Shown here one piece after another: positions 18,612 to 27,954 of a DNA stretch of 64,000 bases. This DNA is from an uncultured Methanosarcinales archaeon (GTDB lineage: Archaea; Nanobdellota; Nanobdellia; Woesearchaeales; GW2011-AR9). Both the position numbers and the translations under genes were made by a program. The stretch spans positions 96,001-160,000 of the forward strand of contig CAYFMJ010000001.1 in NCBI GenBank assembly GCA_964344235.1. The letters are read 5' to 3'. Positions within the stretch are counted from its first letter, which is position 1. Every line of letters starts with the position of its first letter. The notes under the pieces were generated by a model. It worked only from the letters and a program-made list of their open reading frames with translations. It was not told the origin of the DNA and searched no databases.

Positions 18612-19551
18612 TTTTAATCCCGTTACTGTAGGCGGTTGCTAAAAAATCTAAGTTATCTATTGTGAATGTTTCTTTTAGTTTAAACCATTTTTCAAATATG
18701 CCAAAGGAAACTGGTTGGTCATTTATGTTAAAGTTTGCGTGGAAAAAGCTAGCATCTTCTAAGCAAACCGTTAGGAATGTTTCTTGCAAGATTGCGTCTC
18801 TGCAAGCTCCTTCTGTTCCTAGAAGGAATAATTCGTTTTGTGTAAGAGTTGGCACGTTAGAGATATCAGATACTGGACCCGTGATGTAGTACTGAGGGGT
18901 GTATTCCAATGATGTGCTGGCTGCGTTGTTTTGTTGCGTGCTATCTGTTACCGTGCCAGAAACCGAAAGAGTAAAGGAATGTGTCCCTTCCCCTAATGTA
19001 GGTAGGGTGAGTTGAAGGTCGTTGTAGATTGTTCCTGCAACTCGAAGTGTATGTTTTGGTTCTAATTGATAGAAGAAAATGCTGCCTTTGGTTTTTTCTT
19101 GTTGCAATTTTTGTGACGTGTCAACTGTTGAAATTTTTCCCGTGAAAATGTCAAGAGCTTGAGGGAAATCCTCGTATGGGGCACCTGATGCTGGATGGAT
19201 GGTTAATGGTATTAATTGATTATTTCTTTCAATGATATTTAGTATGTCGATTGTTCTCTGAGCGTCCCTACCAATAACATCAGATGTTAAGGTTACACGA
19301 AAATTGCCAATTGCCGGGGCAGAGCCTTCATTCGTTATTGCAAAATTTATTTGTAAAGGCGTAGCAGGAGAGAAGTGTTTCGTACCCGAGGTTGTTGTGA
19401 AAGTATGGGGAAGCTGGTTGATCTCAAAGGACGTGATTGAGACGTCTGGGGTTCCTTCATAGATATTTTGTAAATTGTATAGTTGATCTGGAAACTCTTG
19501 CGCTAGGGCCAGAGGGATTAGTACCAACAGGAAGAGGAGATATTTTTTCAT
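18574..19551 (-). CDS. Secreted hypothetical protein, possible CARDB/Ig-like domain
   Basis: Signal peptide 'MKKYLLFLLVLIPLALA'; 'INFAITNEGSAPA..FRV' and 'DS.QQNNAAS' resemble CARDB. Confidence 0.55.
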   Translation of the reverse strand: MKKYLLFLLVLIPLALAQEFPDQLYNLQNIYEGTPDVSITSFEINQLPHTFTTTSGTKHFSPATPLQINFAITNEGSAPAIGNFRVTLTSDVIGRDAQRTIDILNIIERNNQLIPLTIHPASGAPYEDFPQALDIFTGKISTVDTSQKLQQEKTKGSIFFYQLEPKHTLRVAGTIYNDLQLTLPTLGEGTHSFTLSVSGTVTDSTQQNNAASTSLEYTPQYYITGPVSDISNVPTLTQNELFLLGTEGACRDAILQETFLTVCLEDASFFHANFNINDQPVSFGIFEKWFKLKETFTIDNLDFLATAYSNGIKITSLQSQRVYNS

Positions 19552-20621
19552 CGTGTGACGTTAAAAGATTGGACTTTCTTCAAGAGTTGTGCAGCTTTTT
19601 TGTTTTTCTTAAAATGTTGACGTGTCGGTTCAAGTAGCTGGTTGATAGCAGCTGCAACGCCTGTTTTAAGGTCGATTGATTTCAATGTTCCTTTCTTGAA
19701 AGCGGTTTCTAATTCTTCGTACGATTTGAATGAGAGGTTACCACCGTATTTTTCAGGACGTTCTATGTTTAGTGTCGGTAGTTTCTCAAAGACAATGTGT
19801 TTTGCGTATTCTAATACAGGATTGTCTTCAACAACACCGTCAATGCTATGTGCTTTCTTGAATTTTCTTCTGACATCGTCTTCGGAATCGGTCATGAAGA
19901 TAGCTGTGTTTGGTTTGGATTTACTCATTTTCATAGCGATCTTTCTGTCTGCACCTTGCAAATTAGTTTGAGAGAATTGTAATCCTAACAACATATGGTG
20001 GTGTAAAGCAATTGGTTTTTTATGGCCGAGTTTAGGGAAAATATCACGAGCAAGCATGTTTACTTTTCTTTGGTCTAGTCCTAATTGAGCGATGTCTGCT
20101 TTCAGATGAATAATATCGGCTGCTTGCATGAGCGGGTAGAGTATCTGTGCAGAAGGATTGGAAGCGGATTCTTCCCGTCCCATAATTTGGCCGCATCGTA
20201 GAACGCGTTGTACAGTTGCTGATGTTGATAGTTGTAAAACTGTCTGCCAGTAGCCCGGTTCTTTGACTAAATCAGACGCCCAGATGAATTCAACGTTCTT
20301 TGTGTCTAACCCACAGGATTTCCAGACTTCGATAAAGTATTCACCAACGGTTTGGATCTTTTTGATGTCTCCACCCATTTTATTGTTGATCATGGCATGC
20401 CAGTCCGCTACGAGCATTTTGAATTTGATGCCAGTACTAGTTAGCTTGTTAACGGTAATTGCTCGGAGAAGCCCCTGCGCGATGTGAATCTGACCAGACG
20501 GTTCGAAGCCGTCGTAAGCAATGGGAGTTTTTTTTGATTTGAGAAGTGATTCAAGCTCTGCTTCGGTGATGATTTCTTCCCCAACTTGTTTGATGAGGGA
20601 GAGTTTTTCTGTAGAGTTCAT
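19548..20621 (-). CDS. tyrS: Tyrosine-tRNA ligase (archaeal type)
   Basis: 'YDGFEPSGQIHIAQG', 'YPLMQAAD', 'GLDQRK', 'KMSKS'. Confidence 0.95.
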   Translation of the reverse strand: MNSTEKLSLIKQVGEEIITEAELESLLKSKKTPIAYDGFEPSGQIHIAQGLLRAITVNKLTSTGIKFKMLVADWHAMINNKMGGDIKKIQTVGEYFIEVWKSCGLDTKNVEFIWASDLVKEPGYWQTVLQLSTSATVQRVLRCGQIMGREESASNPSAQILYPLMQAADIIHLKADIAQLGLDQRKVNMLARDIFPKLGHKKPIALHHHMLLGLQFSQTNLQGADRKIAMKMSKSKPNTAIFMTDSEDDVRRKFKKAHSIDGVVEDNPVLEYAKHIVFEKLPTLNIERPEKYGGNLSFKSYEELETAFKKGTLKSIDLKTGVAAAINQLLEPTRQHFKKNKKAAQLLKKVQSFNVTR

Positions 20622-20677
20622 GACTTATAGGAAAGAAGATGTGTTTAAAAAATTAATTGAAAAAAAGAAAAGAAAAT

Positions 20678-21478
20678 TTAGCCATTAATACAGAATTGCG
20701 CTGCTTTTATCCCACCAGCATAAGCCTGATAGATTATGTTGGATAACGTAAGCGAACTTCCATCAGCGAGGTTGACTGTTTCGCCCTCCATAACACTGAC
20801 TTCCTCCCCGTTAATAACCAAATCAACAGACTTTATACCACCAGCATATGCTTGGTACAGTAAATCGTCAAACACAACTTCGTAACTTTTTGAACCTGTT
20901 GTATAGGTATCTGATTCGCCTAGTTGAAGAGTTTCATCAATATCACATGGTCCCACGCAGTCATACTCTATATCAAAATCGTTTTGAGTTGGATCTGACG
21001 CACTAGCGAAAGGGTAACTAACTCCTTCAATCTTAAGTGTAAAGTCAACTTCGCCACTTGGGTCAACAGAATACTCGTATGTTTCGCCGTTTTTGTAGTT
21101 TTTGAATTTTATTTTTGGAGATGTTGCAGTTTGCTTGTCGGCACCTTTGTATTCGAAAGGTGTGCCCCCCAACATGAATGTATCCTTCTTTTCAAAAACG
21201 TCTCCACATTCTGCTTCAAATGCTTTCTGAGCAGCTGAGACATCGTCTTTTAACTCTTTAATTATGTCTACTGCCTTAGAAACCCTTTCGTAACAAGCAC
21301 TTAAGCCATAACTTGCTTCACCTACCAGAGCAGAGTCTTCTTCTACTCCTTCACCAACAAGTTCATCAAAATCCTCACCTACCGCTTGTTCAGAAGCAGT
21401 TTCTTGAGCACAACCAACAATTAGGACTAGACCAATCAATAAAATGCTAAAAATTAATATTTTCTTCATTGTAAACAC
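20678..21478 (-). CDS. Surface lipoprotein with duplicated 'YQAYAGGIK' S-layer-like module
   Basis: Lipobox 'IVGC'; 'LLYQAYAGGIKSVDLVING' and 'IIYQAYAGGIKAAQFCING' repeats. Confidence 0.6.
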   Translation of the reverse strand: MFTMKKILIFSILLIGLVLIVGCAQETASEQAVGEDFDELVGEGVEEDSALVGEASYGLSACYERVSKAVDIIKELKDDVSAAQKAFEAECGDVFEKKDTFMLGGTPFEYKGADKQTATSPKIKFKNYKNGETYEYSVDPSGEVDFTLKIEGVSYPFASASDPTQNDFDIEYDCVGPCDIDETLQLGESDTYTTGSKSYEVVFDDLLYQAYAGGIKSVDLVINGEEVSVMEGETVNLADGSSLTLSNIIYQAYAGGIKAAQFCING

Positions 21479-21576
21479 CTCATTTTAATTTTCTCTTGAA
21501 GGAAAAAGGACTATATAAAGTTAATTATAACAAAAAATTAGCAAAATATAAAAAATAGGGTTATTCTGAAGAGGGT

Positions 21577-22203
21577 ATGAAAGTTATCCTATTCGATTTT
21601 TGGGGAACCTTGGTACAAAACGGCGTATGGAGTCCGATTAAACAAGTTAAAAATATCTTGCAAATAGATTTACCTTTCTCTGACTATGTTGTGAGAATGG
21701 AAAGAGCGATGATGACTAAACCGTTTGCGTCATTACGAGAAGCATTTGAGGCTGTGTGTGAAGAATTTGAGATCAACGCGCCGGAAGACGTAATGGAAGA
21801 ACTTATTGGGATGTGGAATAAGAGTTGGATGTTAGCGAAGCCATTTTATGAAACAGTTGAGGTTCTGCAGGCATTGAAGGAAAAGTATACGGTTGTATTA
21901 GTATCAAATACAGATTGTATTTCTGTGAAACGAGTGTTAGAGAAATTTGAGTTAGAACAGCATTTTCACCAGATGTTTTTATCATGTGAGGTAGGGATGA
22001 TTAAGACAGATGAAGCATTCTTGGAGCATGTGTTGAAAGAAATTGGTGTAGAGAAGGAAGATTGTTTATTGGTAGGAGATAGTTTACAGAGTGATGTAAA
22101 AGCGGCGGAGAATGCAGGTATCAAAGCAATGCTGGTTGATCGTAGGGGTACGAGAGAGTACTCACAAAAGATTAAAAGCTTGTGGGAGTTACTTACGCTA
22201 TGA
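21577..22203 (+). CDS. HAD-superfamily hydrolase
   Basis: Motif I 'FDFWGTL', 'SNT', 'K', motif IV 'VGDS..SD..AA..AG'. Confidence 0.88.
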   Translation: MKVILFDFWGTLVQNGVWSPIKQVKNILQIDLPFSDYVVRMERAMMTKPFASLREAFEAVCEEFEINAPEDVMEELIGMWNKSWMLAKPFYETVEVLQALKEKYTVVLVSNTDCISVKRVLEKFELEQHFHQMFLSCEVGMIKTDEAFLEHVLKEIGVEKEDCLLVGDSLQSDVKAAENAGIKAMLVDRRGTREYSQKIKSLWELLTL

Positions 22204-23090
22204 TTGACGTTTTATTTTTAGGAACCGGCTGTATGCAGCCTACGAAAACGAGGAACCATGCCGGGGTTTTATTGCAGTATAAGAAAGAGCAGATTCTATT
22301 CGATTGTGGAGAAGCTATTCAAAGACAGATGCGCCATGCAGGCGTGAAACCGGCGAAAACTACGAGATTATGTATTAGTCATTGGCATGGAGACCACGTA
22401 TTTGGTATTCCGGGATTGTTAAGTTCAATGGGGGCCGATCAGTTTGCAAGCAAGTTGGAGATTTATGGGCCGAAAGGAACGAAAGCGTATATGAATCACA
22501 TCTTAAAGTGGTTTGCGGCGAAGGATATTATTCCATTTACAGTGCATGAAGTCTCGAAAGGGATTATTTTTGAGGGCGATGATTTTTATGTAGAAGTGGA
22601 ACCGTTGAAACATTCCGTGCCGTGTATTGGGTTTCGGTTTGTAGAGAAAGATAGGCGGAGAATTAACGTTAGTAAGGCGAAGAAGTTAGGTTTAGCAGGC
22701 CCGGTGTTAGGGAAGTTGCAGAAAGGTAAGAATGTTGTTGTTGATGGTAAGAAAATTCTTGCAGATGATGTGACATATGTTGTAGAAGGGAAGAGTGTGA
22801 GTTATGTTACTGATACGATGGAGTGTAATGGTGCTGATAAGTTGGCCAGAGGAACAGATGTGTTGATTTTAGAGGGAACGTTGTTAGATAATTTACGGAA
22901 AAATGCAATTAAGTCGAAGCATCTTACGGTGAAACAAGCAGCGTTAATTGCTTCCAGAAATGAAGCGAAGAAGTTAGTGATAACACATATTAGCCAGCGG
23001 TATAAGAGTTCTGCAGATATTGTCAGTGAAGCGAGAGATCATTTTGATAACACTATTGTAGCGGAAGATTTTATGAGGTTGAAGGTTTAG
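22200..23090 (+). CDS. rnz: Ribonuclease Z
   Basis: 'FLGTG..QPT..RN', 'DCGE..QRQ', 'SHWHGDH..G', 'HLT', 'THISQRY'; ATG overlaps the HAD stop (ATGA). Confidence 0.95.
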   Translation: MIDVLFLGTGCMQPTKTRNHAGVLLQYKKEQILFDCGEAIQRQMRHAGVKPAKTTRLCISHWHGDHVFGIPGLLSSMGADQFASKLEIYGPKGTKAYMNHILKWFAAKDIIPFTVHEVSKGIIFEGDDFYVEVEPLKHSVPCIGFRFVEKDRRRINVSKAKKLGLAGPVLGKLQKGKNVVVDGKKILADDVTYVVEGKSVSYVTDTMECNGADKLARGTDVLILEGTLLDNLRKNAIKSKHLTVKQAALIASRNEAKKLVITHISQRYKSSADIVSEARDHFDNTIVAEDFMRLKV

Positions 23091-23091
23091 T

Positions 23092-23505
23092 TTGAAATCG
23101 GCAAAGGCTAAAGGTAGCAGGGCAGAGAGAGAGTTAGTAGCATTCTTTAATGAACATGGTTGGAGCTGTCTCAGAGCTGCAGGAAGCGGTAGTAGTAAAT
23201 ATCCGGCCCCAGATATTCTTGCAGGAAATGCGATTAGAAGAGTAGCGATTGAGTGTAAAGTGACGAAGGATGAGAAAAAGTATATTCCGAATGCTGAGAT
23301 TGAGCAGTTGAATACGTTTGCCAAGAATTTTGGAGCAGAAGCGTGGATTGGTGTGAAATTAGGGAGCAATGAGTGGTTTTTTCTGATGCCAGAGGATGCA
23401 GAAAAAACAGCAGGGTCACACGTTATTTCGCTGAAAATTGCCCGTTTGAGAGGCCTACGTAAAGAAGAATTACTTGGAAATAGTAGCAATGACCGAAACA
23501 TTTAA
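23092..23505 (+). CDS. hjc: Holliday junction resolvase Hjc
   Basis: 'KG..AERELV..F...GW...RAAGSG....PDILAG......IECK'. Confidence 0.92.
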   Translation: MKSAKAKGSRAERELVAFFNEHGWSCLRAAGSGSSKYPAPDILAGNAIRRVAIECKVTKDEKKYIPNAEIEQLNTFAKNFGAEAWIGVKLGSNEWFFLMPEDAEKTAGSHVISLKIARLRGLRKEELLGNSSNDRNI

Positions 23506-23529
23506 AAGGGCAAATATACGGGTAAGGGT

Positions 23530-24339
23530 ATGCGCCTTACTCAGAAAAAAACTATTGAAATTCTTGTAGATATTATTGGTGAAGCAGGGACTAACCTGAT
23601 TGAGGAGTTAATTGGAAAAGAGAATGTTTCTGAGTTTGATTTGGCAAAGAGAACCAAAAAAGACATCAAAGTGGTTCGAAAGATGTTATACATGTTGTAT
23701 AACCATAACCTTGTTGGTTTTACGAGAAAGAAGGATAAGCAGAAAGGTTGGTATATCTATTATTGGACACTTCTACCAGAAAGTATCAAGTTTAGTTATT
23801 TCAAAACGAAGAGGGATTTGTTAGAGCGATTAAAAGCGCAGCTTGATGCGGAGCAGGAAGAATTATTTTTCGTTTGTCCAAATGATTGTGTGAGGTTAAC
23901 GTTTGATCAGGGAATGGATTTTGAGTTTCACTGCCCGGAGTGTGGGGAGTTGATTCACCAAGATGATGGTGAGAAGCGAAAAGCAGATCTGCAGAAGAAG
24001 ATTGCTAAGTTAGAAGAAGAAGTGAAAACGTTATTAGAACACCGGAAAGCTCGAAGGAAGAGAATTAAGGAGAAGAAGGAAGTTGTAAAAGCGAAGAGTA
24101 AAGTTGCAACGAGGAAAAAGGCTGTGAAGAAACCAGCGAAAAAGAAAGTTGTTAAGAAAGCTGCAACGAAGAAGAAGAGTTCTGCAAAGAAAAAAGAAGT
24201 AAAAAAGGTGACGAAGAAAAAAACGGCAGTGAAAAAGAAGGCTGCGGTGAAGAAAAAAGTAGTTGCGTCTCGAAAGAAAGCTGCGAAAAAACCAGCGAAA
24301 AAAGTTGCTAAAAAGAAAGCGACAAAAAAGAAAAAATAG
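23530..24339 (+). CDS. tfe: Transcription factor E alpha with long Lys/Ala-rich C-terminal tail
   Basis: wHTH 'SEFDLA......K.VRKMLY.LY...LV...RKKD..KGWYIYYW', Zn ribbon 'CPNDC...F.CPECG', then about 95 aa of KKxxKK repeats. Confidence 0.9.
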   Translation: MRLTQKKTIEILVDIIGEAGTNLIEELIGKENVSEFDLAKRTKKDIKVVRKMLYMLYNHNLVGFTRKKDKQKGWYIYYWTLLPESIKFSYFKTKRDLLERLKAQLDAEQEELFFVCPNDCVRLTFDQGMDFEFHCPECGELIHQDDGEKRKADLQKKIAKLEEEVKTLLEHRKARRKRIKEKKEVVKAKSKVATRKKAVKKPAKKKVVKKAATKKKSSAKKKEVKKVTKKKTAVKKKAAVKKKVVASRKKAAKKPAKKVAKKKATKKKK

Positions 24340-24374
24340 AGCTGGAAAGTTTATATAATTCTACATCTCTGGGA

Positions 24375-26876
24375 TTGATTATGGCAGTTTCAGTGCAAAA
24401 TTGCTCCCGAACCATGTTGTTCTTAGTGTTTGGAATTTTACTAGCTACTGTTGCGTCTGCAAGTCCAAGTGTGCAGATTAATGAGTTAATGGCGATTAAT
24501 GATAATTTTGATGTTGAGGATAATGGAAAGTCTCCAGATTGGTTTGAATTGTATAATTATGGTGAAGATAGTGTTGATTTAAAGGAATTTTATGTAAGTG
24601 ATACTAAAAATAATATGATAAAGTTTCAAATTCAAGAAGAAGTTATTATTCCCCCGAAGGGATATCATGTTCTTGTAGCCGATGGGAAAAAAGGATACAA
24701 CCATGTGGGGTTTAAATTAGGTGGGGATGGAGAGGAGTTATTACTTACTGCACCAGACGGAGAGACAATTATTGATTCTGTTGATTTTCCAAAGCAAGTT
24801 GCAGATGTTTCATATGGTAGAAGTATGGATGGGGGGATTTGGGGTTTTCTGGAGGAAGCAACGCCGGGAGAAGGAAATAGCGCTGTGTTGAAACTGAGCG
24901 AGTCGGATGAACCTTTCTTGAGTCACAAAGCTGGATTTTACGATGAAGCTATTGAATTAAAAGTTAGCTCTGTTGGAAACGTTTATTATACAACTGATGG
25001 GACCACGCCAAAGCAAAAAGAGGAGGACTTATACACTGAACCAATTGTGATTGACGAAACCACAACGATTAGGATTATGGTGGTGGAAGAGGGGAGCCTT
25101 CCATCTAAAGTGGTGACAAGAACCTATTTCATTAATGAAGAATTTACACTCCCGGTTGTATCATTTGTTTCCAACCCAGACAATTTCTTTAATGAGAATG
25201 ACGGCTTGTTTAAACAATGGAGTGAGGAAGAAGCTGAAACTGTTGAGCCAGAGGAACATGCACTTCATATGGAATATTTTGATGACGCATCGTTAGAATT
25301 CAAAATGACTGTTGATGCAAAGACCCATGGGTTTCATTCAAAGATTGATCCTGGCCCAATACCAAGAGCGTTTAGAATTTATGCAAGGGAAAAATATGGG
25401 CAGGACCGCATAGAGTATCCTTTGTTTGGAGAAGCATCCCTGCCAAGTTATAAACGAGTAGTCTTTCGGCCAGCGAGCGAGGATAAAATTTCAAACAGTG
25501 GAACACATTTTAGAGACCCGCTAGTGCATTCGATTGCTGAAAACATGGCTGTTGACACACAGGCGTATTCTCCAGTTATTGTGTTTATTAATGGCGAATA
25601 TTGGGGGATCTATAACATAAGAGAGAGGTTGGATAAATATTACGTTTCTGATCATTATGGTGTTGAGCCAGAGGAAGTTAAGATAGCAGAAGGACAAGCC
25701 CCCCTTATGGGTCCAACAGAGGTGAATCCAACAGAAGAGGATTATGAAAAATGGATTAAAGAAAAGAAAAATCAAGCTGCAGTGGAGTATGGTTCCTTGT
25801 TTCTTGAAATTACAAACATGAAGTCCGATTCTCCAGAATTTGTCACGTTTGTGGAATCTTCTTTGGATGTGGATAGTCTTTTTGATTGGCATGCTTTACA
25901 GTTGTATAGCCATAACAATGATTGGGTGCACAACAGCAAGCGGTGGAAGGCCAGTGGGTTGTGGAAGTTTATGGTTTTTGACACGGATTCCAGTTTCGGT
26001 TTGCATTCAATCGGAATTGACAAAAATAATTTAGATCATTTCTTTAAAACGCCCAAGGAAGGTAATTACTATACTTCTATCTTTCCAACAATTATGAAGA
26101 ATGACGCATTGCGAGAGAGGTTTTTGGTGCGGTTTGCTGATTTATTGAATAGTGATTTTAGAGAGGAAACCGTAGATAAAAAAATAGATTTCTTTGTTGA
26201 GTTGCTTGAGCCGGAAGTTGGCAAACATATTGCAAAATGGATTCCGGAAGATTCAGGCAATTGGCTTTGGACAAATAGTGTTGAAGAGCTGAGGCAATAT
26301 GTTGACGGGCGGACCGAAGAGTTGTATGGATTTTTTGATGAATATTTTGAGGAGATTGATGGTACGCACCCCGTTTCGGTGGGTGTTGAGTGTGGTGGGG
26401 AAGTACATGTTAATTCGATAATTGTTCAGGACGGGTTTGAAGGAGACGTTTTTAATATTTTGCAGTTTACGCCAAAGAACTTTGAAACGGAAGATTTTAC
26501 CTCCATCAAAATACAGTCGAAGATCGATAAGCTGTGGTTGCAAGAGAAAGGATTAGTGAAGGACGATGTTTCTATGTTCCGACATATTACGGAATGGGTT
26601 GAATTACCAACAACGATTTTGGAAGAAGATGGTTCTTTTGTATACTATGAATCGCAGACACCGGGCTTTAGTTATTTTATTATTGGGTCTAAGGAAAGGG
26701 TGGAGAGTCTAGAGGGGGAGGAAGAAGAGGCTACAGCAGATGAAGAAAGGGTGGAAGAAGATGTAGTTAATGTTGTGAAAAAAGCTTATGTGTATGAACC
26801 ATGGCAGGGTTTAGTTGCTTTCGTTATACTGATCACAATTGTGTTCTTAGTAGCATACAACAAAAGAAGAAAGTGA
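24375..26876 (+). CDS. Secreted lamin-tail + Fn3-like + CotH kinase protein with PGF-pre-PGF-like domain and C-terminal TM anchor
   Basis: 'INELMA.N...DWFELYN' (LTD), 'YYTTDGTTP', 'VFINGEYWGIYNIRE', 'DWVHN', 'FDTD.SFG', 'YYESQTPGFSYFIIG', TM + KRRK. Confidence 0.8.
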   Translation: MIMAVSVQNCSRTMLFLVFGILLATVASASPSVQINELMAINDNFDVEDNGKSPDWFELYNYGEDSVDLKEFYVSDTKNNMIKFQIQEEVIIPPKGYHVLVADGKKGYNHVGFKLGGDGEELLLTAPDGETIIDSVDFPKQVADVSYGRSMDGGIWGFLEEATPGEGNSAVLKLSESDEPFLSHKAGFYDEAIELKVSSVGNVYYTTDGTTPKQKEEDLYTEPIVIDETTTIRIMVVEEGSLPSKVVTRTYFINEEFTLPVVSFVSNPDNFFNENDGLFKQWSEEEAETVEPEEHALHMEYFDDASLEFKMTVDAKTHGFHSKIDPGPIPRAFRIYAREKYGQDRIEYPLFGEASLPSYKRVVFRPASEDKISNSGTHFRDPLVHSIAENMAVDTQAYSPVIVFINGEYWGIYNIRERLDKYYVSDHYGVEPEEVKIAEGQAPLMGPTEVNPTEEDYEKWIKEKKNQAAVEYGSLFLEITNMKSDSPEFVTFVESSLDVDSLFDWHALQLYSHNNDWVHNSKRWKASGLWKFMVFDTDSSFGLHSIGIDKNNLDHFFKTPKEGNYYTSIFPTIMKNDALRERFLVRFADLLNSDFREETVDKKIDFFVELLEPEVGKHIAKWIPEDSGNWLWTNSVEELRQYVDGRTEELYGFFDEYFEEIDGTHPVSVGVECGGEVHVNSIIVQDGFEGDVFNILQFTPKNFETEDFTSIKIQSKIDKLWLQEKGLVKDDVSMFRHITEWVELPTTILEEDGSFVYYESQTPGFSYFIIGSKERVESLEGEEEEATADEERVEEDVVNVVKKAYVYEPWQGLVAFVILITIVFLVAYNKRRK

Positions 26877-26896
26877 CAAAGAAAAATAAATAAAAT

Positions 26897-27136
26897 TTAA
26901 CGGCGACGCCGTCGTGTTGTTTTTTTAGTGGTTCTTGAAGAACTTCGTTTTTTCCCTAACATTCTCTCGATTGCTTTCTCTTCTTTCAACACTTGGTTCG
27001 TCATTTTTTGAATGTTTAGTTCCATGCTTGCAACACGTCGCTCTAAGAGAATTAATACTCGTAGTGAATAAACGATTGCGGCAAGTGTACCGATGATTAC
27101 AGCAAGAATGACTTCAGCTAATTCTAACCCTGGCAT
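26897..27136 (-). CDS. Small single-TM protein with basic tail
   Basis: 'IIGTLAAIVYSLRVLILLERR', coiled-coil and Arg/Lys tail; AGAGGTG RBS upstream. Confidence 0.65.
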   Translation of the reverse strand: MPGLELAEVILAVIIGTLAAIVYSLRVLILLERRVASMELNIQKMTNQVLKEEKAIERMLGKKRSSSRTTKKTTRRRRR

Positions 27137-27245
27137 TGTATGACACCTCTTTTAATGATGAGTTGAATGAGTGTTCTGTAGTATATAAACGTTGCGGAAA
27201 AATTGAGAGTAAACATTTATAAAATGCGTCAGAAAAAGAGGAAGT

Positions 27246-27653
27246 ATGGATGCATACGAAGCGTTGTTGAAGAAAGCAGAAGAAGAGTTGCCAGAGACAG
27301 TTCATGGTTCAGAGCGATTTACTATTGAGAAAGTTCGAGGGCATATTGAAGGAAACAAAACGGTTCTTGTTAATTTGAAAAAAATTGCAAAAGATTTAGG
27401 GAGAGATGAGAACCACTTGTTGAAATATCTATTGAGGGAGTTAGCAACACCGGGAAAATATGTTCGAGGGAGAACTATTTTCGGAACAAAAGTTGCGGCA
27501 TTAAAGATTAATAAGAAAATTAAGAAATATGCAAGTGAGTTTGTGTTCTGCTCAGAGTGTAGCAAGCCTGACACTTCATTAACTGAGGAAAAAGGAGTAA
27601 TTTATCTGAAGTGTCAGGCCTGTGGGGCGAAGAAGCCAGTAAAAAACATTTAA
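27246..27653 (+). CDS. eif2b: Translation initiation factor 2 beta subunit (aIF2-beta)
   Basis: 'YE.LL.KA...LP....ERF', 'EGNKT..VN', 'RELATPG', C2-C2 finger 'CSECSKPDT...CQACGA'. Confidence 0.93.
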   Translation: MDAYEALLKKAEEELPETVHGSERFTIEKVRGHIEGNKTVLVNLKKIAKDLGRDENHLLKYLLRELATPGKYVRGRTIFGTKVAALKINKKIKKYASEFVFCSECSKPDTSLTEEKGVIYLKCQACGAKKPVKNI

Positions 27654-27654
27654 G

Positions 27655-27954
27655 ATGGTGTTAATTGTTGCTGAAAAAAAAGGACCACATGGTGTGTTGT
27701 TAGTTGTTACGGATAAAGATATTTTAGGGAAGATTTTTTCTGAAGGCAATGTGCAATTGGATTTAACGAAGCAGTTTTATGAAGGAAAAGAGAGAAGTGC
27801 TGAAGAGATTGCGCAACTATTTGGGAAAGCACGTGATATTCACTTTACTGGCAAAGAGGCCGTAGCGTTAGGTGTAGAGAAAGATTTAATTGATTCTGAT
27901 AGGATATTGTATGTAGAAGGCGTCCCACATGCTGAAGTGGCTATTGGTGATTAA
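27655..27954 (+). CDS. DUF424 family protein
   Basis: 'D.DILGK.F.EG...LD....FY.G', 'G..AV', 'GVPHA'; conserved neighbour of aIF2-beta. Confidence 0.8.
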   Translation: MVLIVAEKKGPHGVLLVVTDKDILGKIFSEGNVQLDLTKQFYEGKERSAEEIAQLFGKARDIHFTGKEAVALGVEKDLIDSDRILYVEGVPHAEVAIGD

